From Octopus bimaculoides (taxonomy: Eukaryota), in contig NC_069000.1 in assembly GCF_001194135.2 (NCBI RefSeq), forward strand, positions 32,835,534 to 32,867,546: DNA of 32,013 nucleotides, in the 5' to 3' direction. Positions 22,878-32,013 of the stretch are shown piece after piece (the first letter of the stretch is position 1; each line of letters opens with the position of its first letter). The position numbers were made by a program, and so were the translations under genes. A model generated the notes under the pieces. That model was given only the letters and a program-made list of their open reading frames with translations. It searched no databases and was not told the origin of the DNA.

Positions 22878-24271
22878 TTCTATAGTGCACCACCACATGC
22901 GACATGGTGTGTCTGACGTCTTCTGAGCACCCTTGTCTTTTGGAAATATAGAACTGTGTTTCTATTCTACGTAAAAGTTATTTATTGCATACTTCTGACA
23001 TTATATTCTTGTTTTAGGTGTCGTGCAGAGTTTACTTAATATTAGTTTCGCGTGTTGCTCAGTATCGAATATGTGAGAAAGAGCATGCCAGTTGTATTTA
23101 ATTGAATGGTGCTTGTATAAACTGCGCAATGATAACAGAATATGTACTGTTCGTGTTCTACCCATTGGACGGAAAGTATCTCACGCTAAATACAGGTGAT
23201 TTTATGGACTGCGTGTAAAGTTTGGAACTCAAGAATAGTTTGGTAGTTCTGTCTGTATTTTTTTTTTATCATGTCCAATATTCTAATTTTTTCTGATACT
23301 GTTTTCAGCCTTGATGCCTAATCCCGGTTATATGTACATTAAGATTGTCTCCACCTACTTCCGAGCAGAAACTGCAGCGATGAATATCACGGTGATTTTG
23401 TTCCATCCTTTCATAATCATGTCTGAACTGTTGGCATTAAAAGGCTTTTCAGTCTGGGTTGCCATATTCCAGGTGATTAACCCACATTACGTTCTCATAC
23501 ATTATTTGGTACTAGTTTATTCGATTTTCATTCGTTTTCATTGAATTGTTCAGATCCCATATCAGTGAAAGAACTTGATCTCGATCTTCTGACCCAATGT
23601 ACTTACTTCCGATTTAATTTGAATATTTATTCGAACTTGACATGGTGTGTGCAGAAAAAATATGATGACGTCTCCTTGTACATTTGTAAACTCTACACTT
23701 CATGTCAGCATTATTATCTTTTAATATTATTTTACATTAGTTAAAGTCACTTATTGCTAAGATTTGATCATACCCGTTTAAATCAGACTCGCCGTTCATG
23801 ATTTTAGTCCAGGGAATTTTAACTAACGCGAGGATTCATTTGGTCTTGCTTCCTTCTCACGGTTCTGTCATATTAAAACCAATTCATATTAACACCAACA
23901 AAGCAAGAAATAGTTTAATACATTTGAAAAAAAATAAGACCAGGTAAAATGGTAAACAAACATATGAATTAAGAACTATAGGAATATTCTTGGGCGTTGA
24001 CCTAATTTAAGAGAGAAGGTAGCAAGGAATTGTGGAGTGGCCAGGGTAATATAAAGTTCACGAAGTAAATGATTATCTTTTGTAACGCTACCACCGCATT
24101 AGAGAATAATGCTGGTCAAGCTGATCCTCTCTTCAGATGATATCCGACCACCAGTAAAAGTCGGCAGTGATGAAGTTGTACCGATAATTAACACCAAAAT
24201 GCATATTCAACTGTGTGCACCGGCTCGCAGCGGAAACTTGTATGTGCAAATCTCTGTTCTGATTTTAATTT

Positions 24272-24316
<45 letters not shown>

Positions 24317-24652
24317 NNNNNNNNNNNNNNNNNNNNNNNNNNNNNNNNNNNNNNNNNNNNNNNNNNNNNNNNNNNNNNNNNNNNNNNNNNNNNNNNNNNN
24401 NNNNNNNNNNNNNNNNNNNNNNNNNNNNNNNNNNNNNNNNNNNNNNNNNNNNNNNNNNNNNNNNNNNNNNNNNNNNNNNNNNNNNNNNNNNNNNNNNNNN
24501 NNNNNNNNNNNNNNNNNNNNNNNNNNNNNNNNNNNNNNNNNNNNNNNNNNNNNNNNNNNNNNNNNNNNNNNNNNNNNNNNNNNNNNNNNNNNNNNNNNNN
24601 NNNNNNNNNNNNNNNNNNNNNNNNNNNNNNNNATATATATATATATATATAT

Positions 24653-24820
24653 ACGACGGTTTTCTTTCAGTTTCCGTTTACGAAATTCACTCGCAAGGTT
24701 TTGGTTGGCCAGCGGCCATAGTAGAACACACTTGCCCAAGGTGCCACGCAGTGGGACTGAACCCGGGACAATGTGGTTGGTAAGCAAGCTACTTACTACA
24801 CAGGCATTCCTGCGCCTATA
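24653..24820 (-). mobile_element. tRNA-derived SINE, family B, with (TA)n tail
   Basis: Minus strand aggcgcaggaatgcctgtgtagtaag (A-box-like)...gggttcagtccc (B-box, 24753-24764)...caccttgggcaagtgt...cgtcgtatatata. Confidence 0.85.
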
Positions 24821-26695
24821 TTCTTTTATTGATTTCAGCCAGAGGATAGTGCCATGCTGGTGCCATGCTGGAGCACCGCCATTCAGTGTTTTGGGGTGTT
24901 CGTTTGGTACTTTTTTTGGTGAAGAAGCGAGTTGGACGAAGCTGCACTTCTTTGTGCCTCTTGCCGCGATGTGGGCTCATATGGGATTTACGATAGAAAT
25001 TTCTCTAGGTACTTTTTGAACGTTTCTATATCTACACCTTGCAGGTCTTTTAGGTTCCTTGGCAGTTTGTTAAACAGTTGTCGTCCTCTGAAACCCAAGC
25101 TGTTGCAATTCGGTGTCATCATTTAAGATGAAGAAGATTACATCTTTGGTATTATGCAGTGCCATCCAGTTCCGTGGCTGGTATAGTTTTTAATTCCAAA
25201 ATTGGGAGCTAGGCTTTTCAGGATCGTCCATATGTAAATCACTGCATATCTTTCTCGCCTTCTCTCTAGGAAGTAGATCTTCAGTCATTTTAGCCTCTCC
25301 CAGTAGCTCATCTGTTTCACCGAGTCAATCCTATTTGTGTAGTGGCGCTGGGTTGCCTCAAGTCCCGCCACCAATTTGACACGCTGCAGCGACCACAGTT
25401 GGGGGCAATAATCGACGACTGACACGACTGAGAACAAAGGTCCCCCATCAAGATATTCCTTATTTCTGGTTCTGAATGATCTCAGAATCCAGCAAGCTAC
25501 TCACCTGCACAATATTGCCATCCTGGCAATATGCATCACTACTCGTGCATTCCCAGGTCACGCACCGATTCTAACTCTGGGATGTCTCTAGTCCTAGGTA
25601 TTCCGATTGCAGTCTGTGTGTGGACCGACAGCGGAGTGCTTGAAACTTATCAGCATTGAACGGCATGTCATTTTCATCAGCCTATTTATATATTGCATAG
25701 CGGCCATTTTGTAGTTTTACTATGTCTTTAGGGCTCTTGACCGTCTGAGACACCTTTGTATCATCAGCGTAGCTGGTGAGAGTGGCTGTCTGTACGATTA
25801 ACGGCATGTCTGCGAGAGCCGCTACAAACATTAGCCGTCCCAGTACAATAACCTGAAGAACTCCGCTGTGGATTGATGTCTCTCCAGAGAGAGCACCATT
25901 GGCTGAAACAGCCTGACTTCTGTCCTTTAATAAGTCGTGCAGCCACTCTTCTAGTTTTCCAGCGATAAGGTCGCTTAGGTTGTAGCATATCATCCCTCGA
26001 TAAACTTTGTGAAAGGCTTTGGCAAAGTTGAGATATATCACATCCACATTTGAGTGGTTGAGCTGTTGTTTCAGTACTCAATCATGTTGTCGTAGAAGCT
26101 ATGTGTGGTAACTCTTCCCTTGGCAGAAGCCACGTTGTGTGTTTGTGAGCAAATTATTCTCTTCCAGGAACGTGATCAGTCTCCTTCTGACAATGAGTTC
26201 TATGACGATGACAACATCTGAAGTCAGAGAGATAGTCCTGCGATTTTTAGCGATTGCTCTGTTTCCTCCTTTATGGGTAGGGAATATGATACCCTCTTTC
26301 AATCGGTTGAGAAATTTTCCATCTGCAGTGGTTCTGCGAAAGCTTTCTTATGTTTTTAAGGGAACAAACGGAAATCCATCCGGTCCCGTTGCTGAGTTTG
26401 AGCTCATTTAATTAATGACCGATATTACATCTTCTTCTTTTATGTCCATGTAATCACCGATGGTTGCCTTTTTCTCATATAGGTCTGCAGTGTCGAAGAA
26501 CTCTTTAGGTTCGCACATTCGCCAGTTTCCCAGGGGAAAGGTGAAGACACTCTGGAATTGCTTTTCTAGTACTTCACCCATCCTCTTGGGATCTGGAGTT
26601 AGCAAGCCGTCTTCTTCAAACAGTGGCCCGATCATGTAGTCCACTGAAACAGACTCTTTCGAGAACTTTAGTTCCTTTTAACAGTAATTTTCATT
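24819..26695 (-). mobile_element. CR1-group LINE, 5'-truncated and decayed, including RT domain and 3' end
   Basis: IGPLFEEDG, SATGPDGFP, IIFPTHKGGNRAIAKNRRTISLTS, QRGFCQGKS, DVIYLNFAKAFHKV, SGVLQVIVLGRLMF, SYADDTK, NDMPFNADKF, SRVDYCPQLWS, SYWERLK, LERRRER, QLFNKLPRNLKDL. The 3' end aataaaagaata lies near 24819-24830. Many stops and frameshifts. Confidence 0.93.
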
Positions 26696-27838
26696 ATATT
26701 AATTCCGAATATTTATCGACTTGTACTCTTTTACTCAAATGCAATAGTTTCGTATTTGTAGGACACCCATCCTCCGTGCATGCAGCGTAGATAGACTCTA
26801 TCAATGGCAGCTTTGGGGTGAAATATATATATATATATANNNNNNNNNNNNNNNNNNNNNNNNNNNNNNNNNNNNNNNNNNNNNNNNNNNNNNNNNNNNN
26901 NNNNNNNNNNNNNNNNNNNNNNNNNNNNNNNNNNNNNNNNNNNNNNNNNNNNNNNNNNNNNNNNNNNNNNNNNNNNNNNNNNNNNNNNNNNNNNNNNNNN
27001 NNNNNNNNNNNNNNNNNNNNNNNNNNNNNNNNNNNNNNNNNNNNNNNNNNNNNNNNNNNNNNNNNNNNNNNNNNNNNNNNNNNNNNNNNNNNNNNNNNNN
27101 NNNNNNNNNNNNNNNNNNNNNNNNNNNNNNNNNNNNNNNNNNNNNNNNNNNNNNNNNNNNNNNNNNNNNNNNNNNNNNNNNNNNNNNNNNNNNNNNNNNN
27201 NNNNNNNNNNNNNNNNNNNNNNNNNNNNNNNNNNNNNNNNNNNNNNNNNNNNNNNNNNNNNNNNNNNNNNNNNNNNNNNNNNNNNNNNNNNNNNNNNNNN
27301 NNNNNNNNNNNNNNNNNNNNNNNNNNNNNNNNNNNNNNNNNNNNNNNNNNNNNNNNNNNNNNNNNNNNNNNNNNNNNNNNNNNNNNNNNNNNNNNNNNNN
27401 NNNNNNNNNNNNNNNNNNNNNNNNNNNNNNNNNNNNNNNNNNNNNNNNNNNNNNNNNNNNNNNNNNNNNNNNNNNNNNNNNNNNNNNNNNNNNNNNNNNN
27501 NNNNNNNNNNNNNNNNNNNNNNNNNNNNNNNNNNNNNNNNNNNNNNNNNNNNNNNNNNNNNNNNNNNNNNNNNNNNNNNNNNNNNNNNNNNNNNNNNNNN
27601 NNNNNNNNNNNNNNNNNNNNNNNNNNNNNNNNNNNNNNNNNNNNNNNNNNNNNNNNNNNNNNNNNNNNNNNNNNNNNNNNNNNNNNNNNNNNNNNNNNNN
27701 NNNNNNNNNNNNNNNNNNNNNNNNNNNNNNNNNNNNNNNNNNNNNNNNNNNNNNNNNNNNNNNNNNNNNNNNNNNNNNNNNNNNNNNNNNNNNNNNNNNN
27801 NNNNNNNNNNNNNNNNNNNNNNNNNNNNNNNNNNNNNN

Positions 27839-27897
<59 letters not shown>

Positions 27898-28545
27898 TCA
27901 GTTGTTAATGAAGGATAGAATTAAGGAGAAAAGAGAGAAAAGGGAAAAATAAGGAATTATGTGGTTGGCTAGTTTCGAACAGTGGAGACAAGACACACAC
28001 AAAAAAGATCGGAATGGTGATACATGTTATTCAACTTCCTGAAGAAGTTTGATCTGAGAAATTTATATTTGCAATACGAATTAGACCAACCGAATTGTTT
28101 CAAGGCGCCTACGTTCAGATCGAGGTAATCCGAGTAAGTAACCGAGACAATAAAATAAAGGGGAAAAACTGCCAATGTCATATAGTTCCAAAGGGAGGTT
28201 ATTATATACGACTTCCTATTTTTCTTTAAGATATATCTCAAAGAAGATTCCCAGCACCAACCACAGTAATTGTTGTGACAGGTGGTATCAGTGAATAGTA
28301 TATCGATGACCTGCATTGGGAAAAGAATCAATGTGGTTGTTAATCTGAATTTATCATTTCAAAGCAAGTCTTAGGATATCAACGCGACATTTACTCATAT
28401 ATACATTTACAGACACATATGAACACTCACAGACTCATATATATGTATGCATGTATGAATGTATGTGCGCTTGCGTATATAAGTACGTGTGTGTGTGTGC
28501 ATATATAAATTTGTATATAGGTACGTGTATATATCTATATATATA

Positions 28546-28585
<40 letters not shown>

Positions 28586-29012
28586 TAGTTATCGCCAAGC
28601 CAACATGGCAGTCCCAAAATTAGGACGAAAGCTGCCGTGAATTAGCTCCAAGAAGCCATCGCCTCTAGCTAGCTATGTNNNNNNNNNNNNNNNNNNNNNN
28701 NNNNNNNNNNNNNNNNNNNNNNNNNNNNNNNNNNNNNNNNNNNNNNNNNNNNNNNNNNNNNNNNNNNNNNNNNNNNNNNNNNNNNNNNNNNNNNNNNNNN
28801 NNNNNNNNNNNNNNNNNNNNNNNNNNNNNNNNNNNNNNNNNNNNNNNNNNNNNNNNNNNNNNNNNNNNNNNNNNNNNNNNNNNNNNNNNNNNNNNNNNNN
28901 NNNNNNNNNNNNNNNNNNNNNNNNNNNNNNNNNNNNNNNNNNNNNNNNNNNNNNNNNNNNNNNNNNNNNNNNNNNNNNNNNNNNNNNNNNNNNNNNNNNN
29001 NNNNNNNNNNNN

Positions 29013-29055
<43 letters not shown>

Positions 29056-29126
29056 GGAAAATAAAAAGCCAAGGCAGAAGAAGGAGGATTGTACCCCCTT
29101 GGTTATCGATCGCAGGTGACCCTGCC

Positions 29127-29412
29127 AGCCTCTTATAACCCACGGGATTGCAGGGTCACCGGCAATCAATAGCCAAAGGCATACAATCACCTTTCTTGAC
29201 ATCGGCGATCGATAACCATGGTGAGACAATGCCCTTTTTTGACATTGAGCAACGGGGTCATTTCCTCCTCACTATTCTAGAGAAGTCACTCGCTAGAGAG
29301 GCCTTTAGCCAACAGGTTTTGGGATTTGATGATACACCATAAAGCTAAGCCCTTTATGGACGTTAAACCTAAGGTAATCCTATAAACCGGCCTTAGCTAA
29401 CTTCAGTATATA
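29127..29412 (+). repeat. PLE pseudo-LTR, upstream copy (286 bp)
   Basis: Colinear with 30572-30857 at a constant offset of 1445 bp, roughly 80% identical by eye, e.g. shared ttttttgacattgagcaacggggtcatttcctcctca and agctaagccctttatggacgt. Confidence 0.92.
29316..29388 (+). ncRNA. Type I hammerhead ribozyme, degenerate paralog (C3U, G12U)
   Basis: gggat-UUGAUGA-uaca-CCAUAAAG cuaagcc CUUUAUGG-acgu-UAAA-cc uaa gg-UA-aucc. Same fold as the downstream copy with two core substitutions. Confidence 0.7.
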
Positions 29413-29434
29413 CAGCTCTATAACTTTCAACATC

Positions 29435-30617
29435 CGTAGGAAGAAGCGCCACAGGAATATTATTTGGTTTTCCCCTCCCCTTCTCTCTTCACGTAAAAAT
29501 GTCTGTAGGTAGGATATTCTTTAAGTTAGTAGATAAACATTTCACCAGTTCACTTAGGCACGGACACATTTTGAACAGCACAACTTTAAGGTCGCTTTTA
29601 GCTGTGCACCCAAAATTAAGAGCATTATAGTTAGCACACCTAGACGACGAGGGGAGGCAGTATTTTCATGCAGGGACAGCAACAGATGCCCGGTGAGGGG
29701 AACACGGCAAAGCCAAGGGAGTTGTCTATGAAGCTGAAGTACTGGCAGACCCTAGCAGCAACAATATCAGTAGCTCCCTTAACGGCGACCATAGTAGCAG
29801 GGACGTCAGTAATAATAATAGCAGCTCCAGAACTGCCAACAGAACCAATAGAACCATCGCCAGCGATAACAACAATAACAACATCAACAACAGCAATGGC
29901 AGTATCCCCAACTACAACAGCAGCAGCAGCCGCAGCTTCCCTTACGGCTACGGCTGCAGCAGCAGGCTCGACACTTCCAGTAACAGCTGCTGCAGTACCA
30001 TCGCCAGCGATAACAGCAATAACATCGACGACAGCAATGGCAATGTCCCTAACAGAAATAGCAACAGAGACATCGCCCCAGAGACAACAGCAATGGCAGC
30101 GCCTCCATCAATGGTGATGGCCATAATATCACCGGCAGTGGCTGCATCAATACTATCGCCACCTCCAATGACGCCAACACCGGCAGCGATACCACCAACA
30201 GCGCCAGTTCTAGCAACAACGGTGGCAGTGACGCCAACACTAACAGACACACCACTGCCAATACCCGACCACAGAGATACATCGGCTGTTCTGGGAAGTC
30301 GTTCAAACAATACCTCTCCAGACTTAGATCCTCCTTCAGGATACCGGAAAGGTGATTTGTAACGTTATTAGCCAACCATGTTTGGCAGCTGATAGACGAC
30401 AGGGTTCCATACATAATTTCAAAGAAAATCCTAGAAACTCTAGGCCCCTACATCAATGGGACCAATCACCGTCAATTATTTATAGAGGAAGGGGCAAGGA
30501 TGCTAAAGGACTCCTTCGACCCAAGGAGTGATCCTGAATTCCAGAACGGGCGTCTTCAGGAAATTCCTACTAGCGTCTTGCAACCCACGGGATAACAGGG
30601 TCACCGACGATCGATAG
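29435..30617 (+). pseudogene. Decayed PLE ORF remnant: post-RT linker plus GIY-YIG endonuclease with large Asn/Ser-rich insertion
   Basis: VVY half-motif at 29721-29729 and YIG half-motif at 30278-30286. Several frameshifts (including an apparent +2 at about 30078) and stops. This reading frame is not shown in the supplied ORF track. Confidence 0.85.
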
Positions 30618-30857
30618 CCAAAGGCATACAATCACATTTCTTGACATCTGTGATTGATAGCGAAGGTGAGAAAATCCCCTTTTTTGACATTGAGCAACGG
30701 GGTCATTTCCTCCTCAATATTCTAGAGAGACCACACGTGAAATAGGCCTTTAGCCAACAGGTTTTGGGATCTGATGATAGACCAAAAAGCTAAGCCCTTT
30801 ATGGACGTGAAACCTAAGGTAATCCCATAAAACGGACTTATCTAACTTTGATATATA
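30572..30857 (+). repeat. PLE pseudo-LTR, downstream copy (overlaps ORF end)
   Basis: Direct repeat of 29127-29412. Contains the last codons and stop of the EN ORF and the hammerhead motif. Confidence 0.92.
30761..30833 (+). ncRNA. Type I hammerhead ribozyme, core intact
   Basis: Stem I GGGAU (30766-70) pairs with AUCCC (30822-26). Core CUGAUGA at 30771-77, stem II CCA.AAAG/CUUU.UGG, GAAA at 30809-12, stem III ACC-UAA-GGU, cleavage triplet GUA at 30819-21. Confidence 0.8.
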
Positions 30858-30982
30858 ACTTAGTATGCTTCTTTTTTCGGATTTATATTTACGGACGATA
30901 TATGTGTGTGTATGTGTGTGTGCGTATGTGTATGTGTGCGTGTGAGTGTGTGTGCGTGTGTATATGTATGTACATATATATA

Positions 30983-31017
<35 letters not shown>

Positions 31018-31161
31018 ATAATATTAGGGACAAAATCCAAAATTACAGGTAAAAAACTCAATTAAAATCAATTTATTAAAAATTAAAATTAAATTGAGCC
31101 TTATAGATAAAGTATAATAAAATATATAGTTTTAGGGAAAATAACCAATTTTCAAGAACTC

Positions 31162-31273
31162 ATCGATGAAAATCCACTATCACATATAGAAAAATTAATA
31201 ATTAATAATTAATAATTAATAATTAATTATTAATTATTAATTTTTCTATATGTGATAGTGAATTTTCATCGAT
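31162..31273. repeat. Near-perfect 112-bp palindrome truncated by the assembly gap
   Basis: 31162-31213 pairs with 31222-31273 with one mismatch (C31174/A31261). The centre is built of AATTAAT units. Confidence 0.95.
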
Positions 31274-31796
31274 NNNNNNNNNNNNNNNNNNNNNNNNNNN
31301 NNNNNNNNNNNNNNNNNNNNNNNNNNNNNNNNNNNNNNNNNNNNNNNNNNNNNNNNNNNNNNNNNNNNNNNNNNNNNNNNNNNNNNNNNNNNNNNNNNNN
31401 NNNNNNNNNNNNNNNNNNNNNNNNNNNNNNNNNNNNNNNNTATATGTATATATATATGTATATATATATATATATAAAGAGAGAGAGAGAACGGGAGTGG
31501 ACGAGAGAAGAATATATACATTTTCATATATGTAGATAAGTAGATTCAATACATACACAGATAGACAGACAGCGACGAGAGAGAGGGAGTGTGTGTGTGT
31601 GTGTAACAGAGAAGATATATATAGAGAGAGAGGGACAGAGAAAAAGAGAAGGGGGGAAAAGAGAGAGGGAGATGGAAAGAGAAAGGGAGAGAGGGAGAGA
31701 GAAAGAGAAAGAGAAAGGGAGAGAGAAAGAGAAAGAGAAAGGGAGAGAGAAAGAGAGAGGGAGACTGATAGAACCAGCAGGCACGCAGATAGGTAA

Positions 31797-31797
31797 T

Positions 31798-31841
<44 letters not shown>

Positions 31842-31851
31842 CAGATAGATA
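31797..31851. repeat. (GATA)n microsatellite
   Basis: Direct inspection. Confidence 0.95.
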
Positions 31852-32013
31852 GAGCCCTTTCTCATTTCCAAATATATTACGAAAAACAATCAACAAGAGA
31901 AAATAACAAAAATATAGAACGGTGCATATATTTTTTTCGGCTTTATAATATGTAATTTATTTTACTCTGAAAAAATAATAAAATAAGATGATCAACAAAT
32001 AAAGACTGCATAT

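Larger units (their letters stand above)
29068..30857 (+). mobile_element. Penelope-like retroelement (Penelope/Poseidon type), 5'-truncated, with pseudo-LTR direct repeats and inverted 5' tail
   Basis: Frameshifted + strand translation from 29435: RRKKRHRNIIWFSPP/FSLHVKMSVGRIFFKLVDKHF...KVAFSCAPKIKSII...SCRDSNRCPV/GEHGKAKGVVYEAEV...YIGCSGKSFKQYLSRLRSSFR...TLLANHVWQL...ILETLGPYINGT.../ILNSRTGVFRKFLLAS, stop at 30615-30617. This matches the PLE RT-EN linker and GIY-YIG domain. Direct repeats lie at 29127-29412 and 30572-30857. Confidence 0.9.

Noticed and set aside
23309-23544. Strong-looking acceptor followed by an open frame (LMPNPGYMYIKIV...)
   Set aside because: No convincing donor in a phase compatible with the neighbouring candidate exon, and no recognisable protein family.
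22337-24820. tRNA-like A/B-box sequences as tRNA genes
   Set aside because: No complete cloverleaf, and they continue into repeat bodies, so they are SINE heads.
27969-28331. 120-aa minus-strand ORF with hydrophobic segment
   Set aside because: No recognisable motif or splice context. About one ORF of this length is plausible by chance in this much sequence; BLASTP or RNA-seq would be needed.
29668-30362. ORF-track proteins of 149 aa and 89 aa (Ala/Thr/Pro-rich, mucin-like) and the Leu/Val-rich antisense ORFs
   Set aside because: They are alternative frames of the AAC/AGC-rich insert inside the PLE endonuclease. The frame carrying the VVY and YIG motifs explains the region.
364-31896. Long ORFs with poly-X, YI, HT, RE, LS, poly-Y/N/I/M tracts
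   Set aside because: Artefacts of N-gaps and microsatellites that lack stop codons.

Overview
AT-rich, microsatellite-saturated eukaryotic DNA from a draft assembly. It has 12 N-gaps (573-798, 2746-3327, 4375-4451, 7422-7950, 8721-8937, 10642-10750, 12471-13021, 17404-18212, 24317-24632, 26840-27838, 28679-29011, 31274-31440), most abutting simple repeats. The SINE families and repeat landscape look like an octopus (coleoid cephalopod) genome; this is inference from recalled repeat families, not a database hit. No host gene could be supported, and almost all supplied ORFs are artefacts of microsatellites, N-runs or alternative frames. The window is a graveyard of decayed mobile elements: Penelope-like (PLE), R4/Dong, Tx1/L1 and CR1-group LINEs, Tc1 (one with DD36E spacing), a Helitron helicase fragment, a HINE-like element, a DDE integrase remnant and about 15 tRNA-derived SINEs. 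The most interesting locus is a PLE at about 29068-30857. It has two 286-bp direct repeats exactly 1445 bp apart, each carrying a type I hammerhead ribozyme (downstream core intact, upstream core mutated), an inverted 5' tail, and a GIY-YIG endonuclease whose two half-motifs are separated by about 180 codons of Asn/Ser-rich repetitive sequence. All translations and alignments were done by eye.
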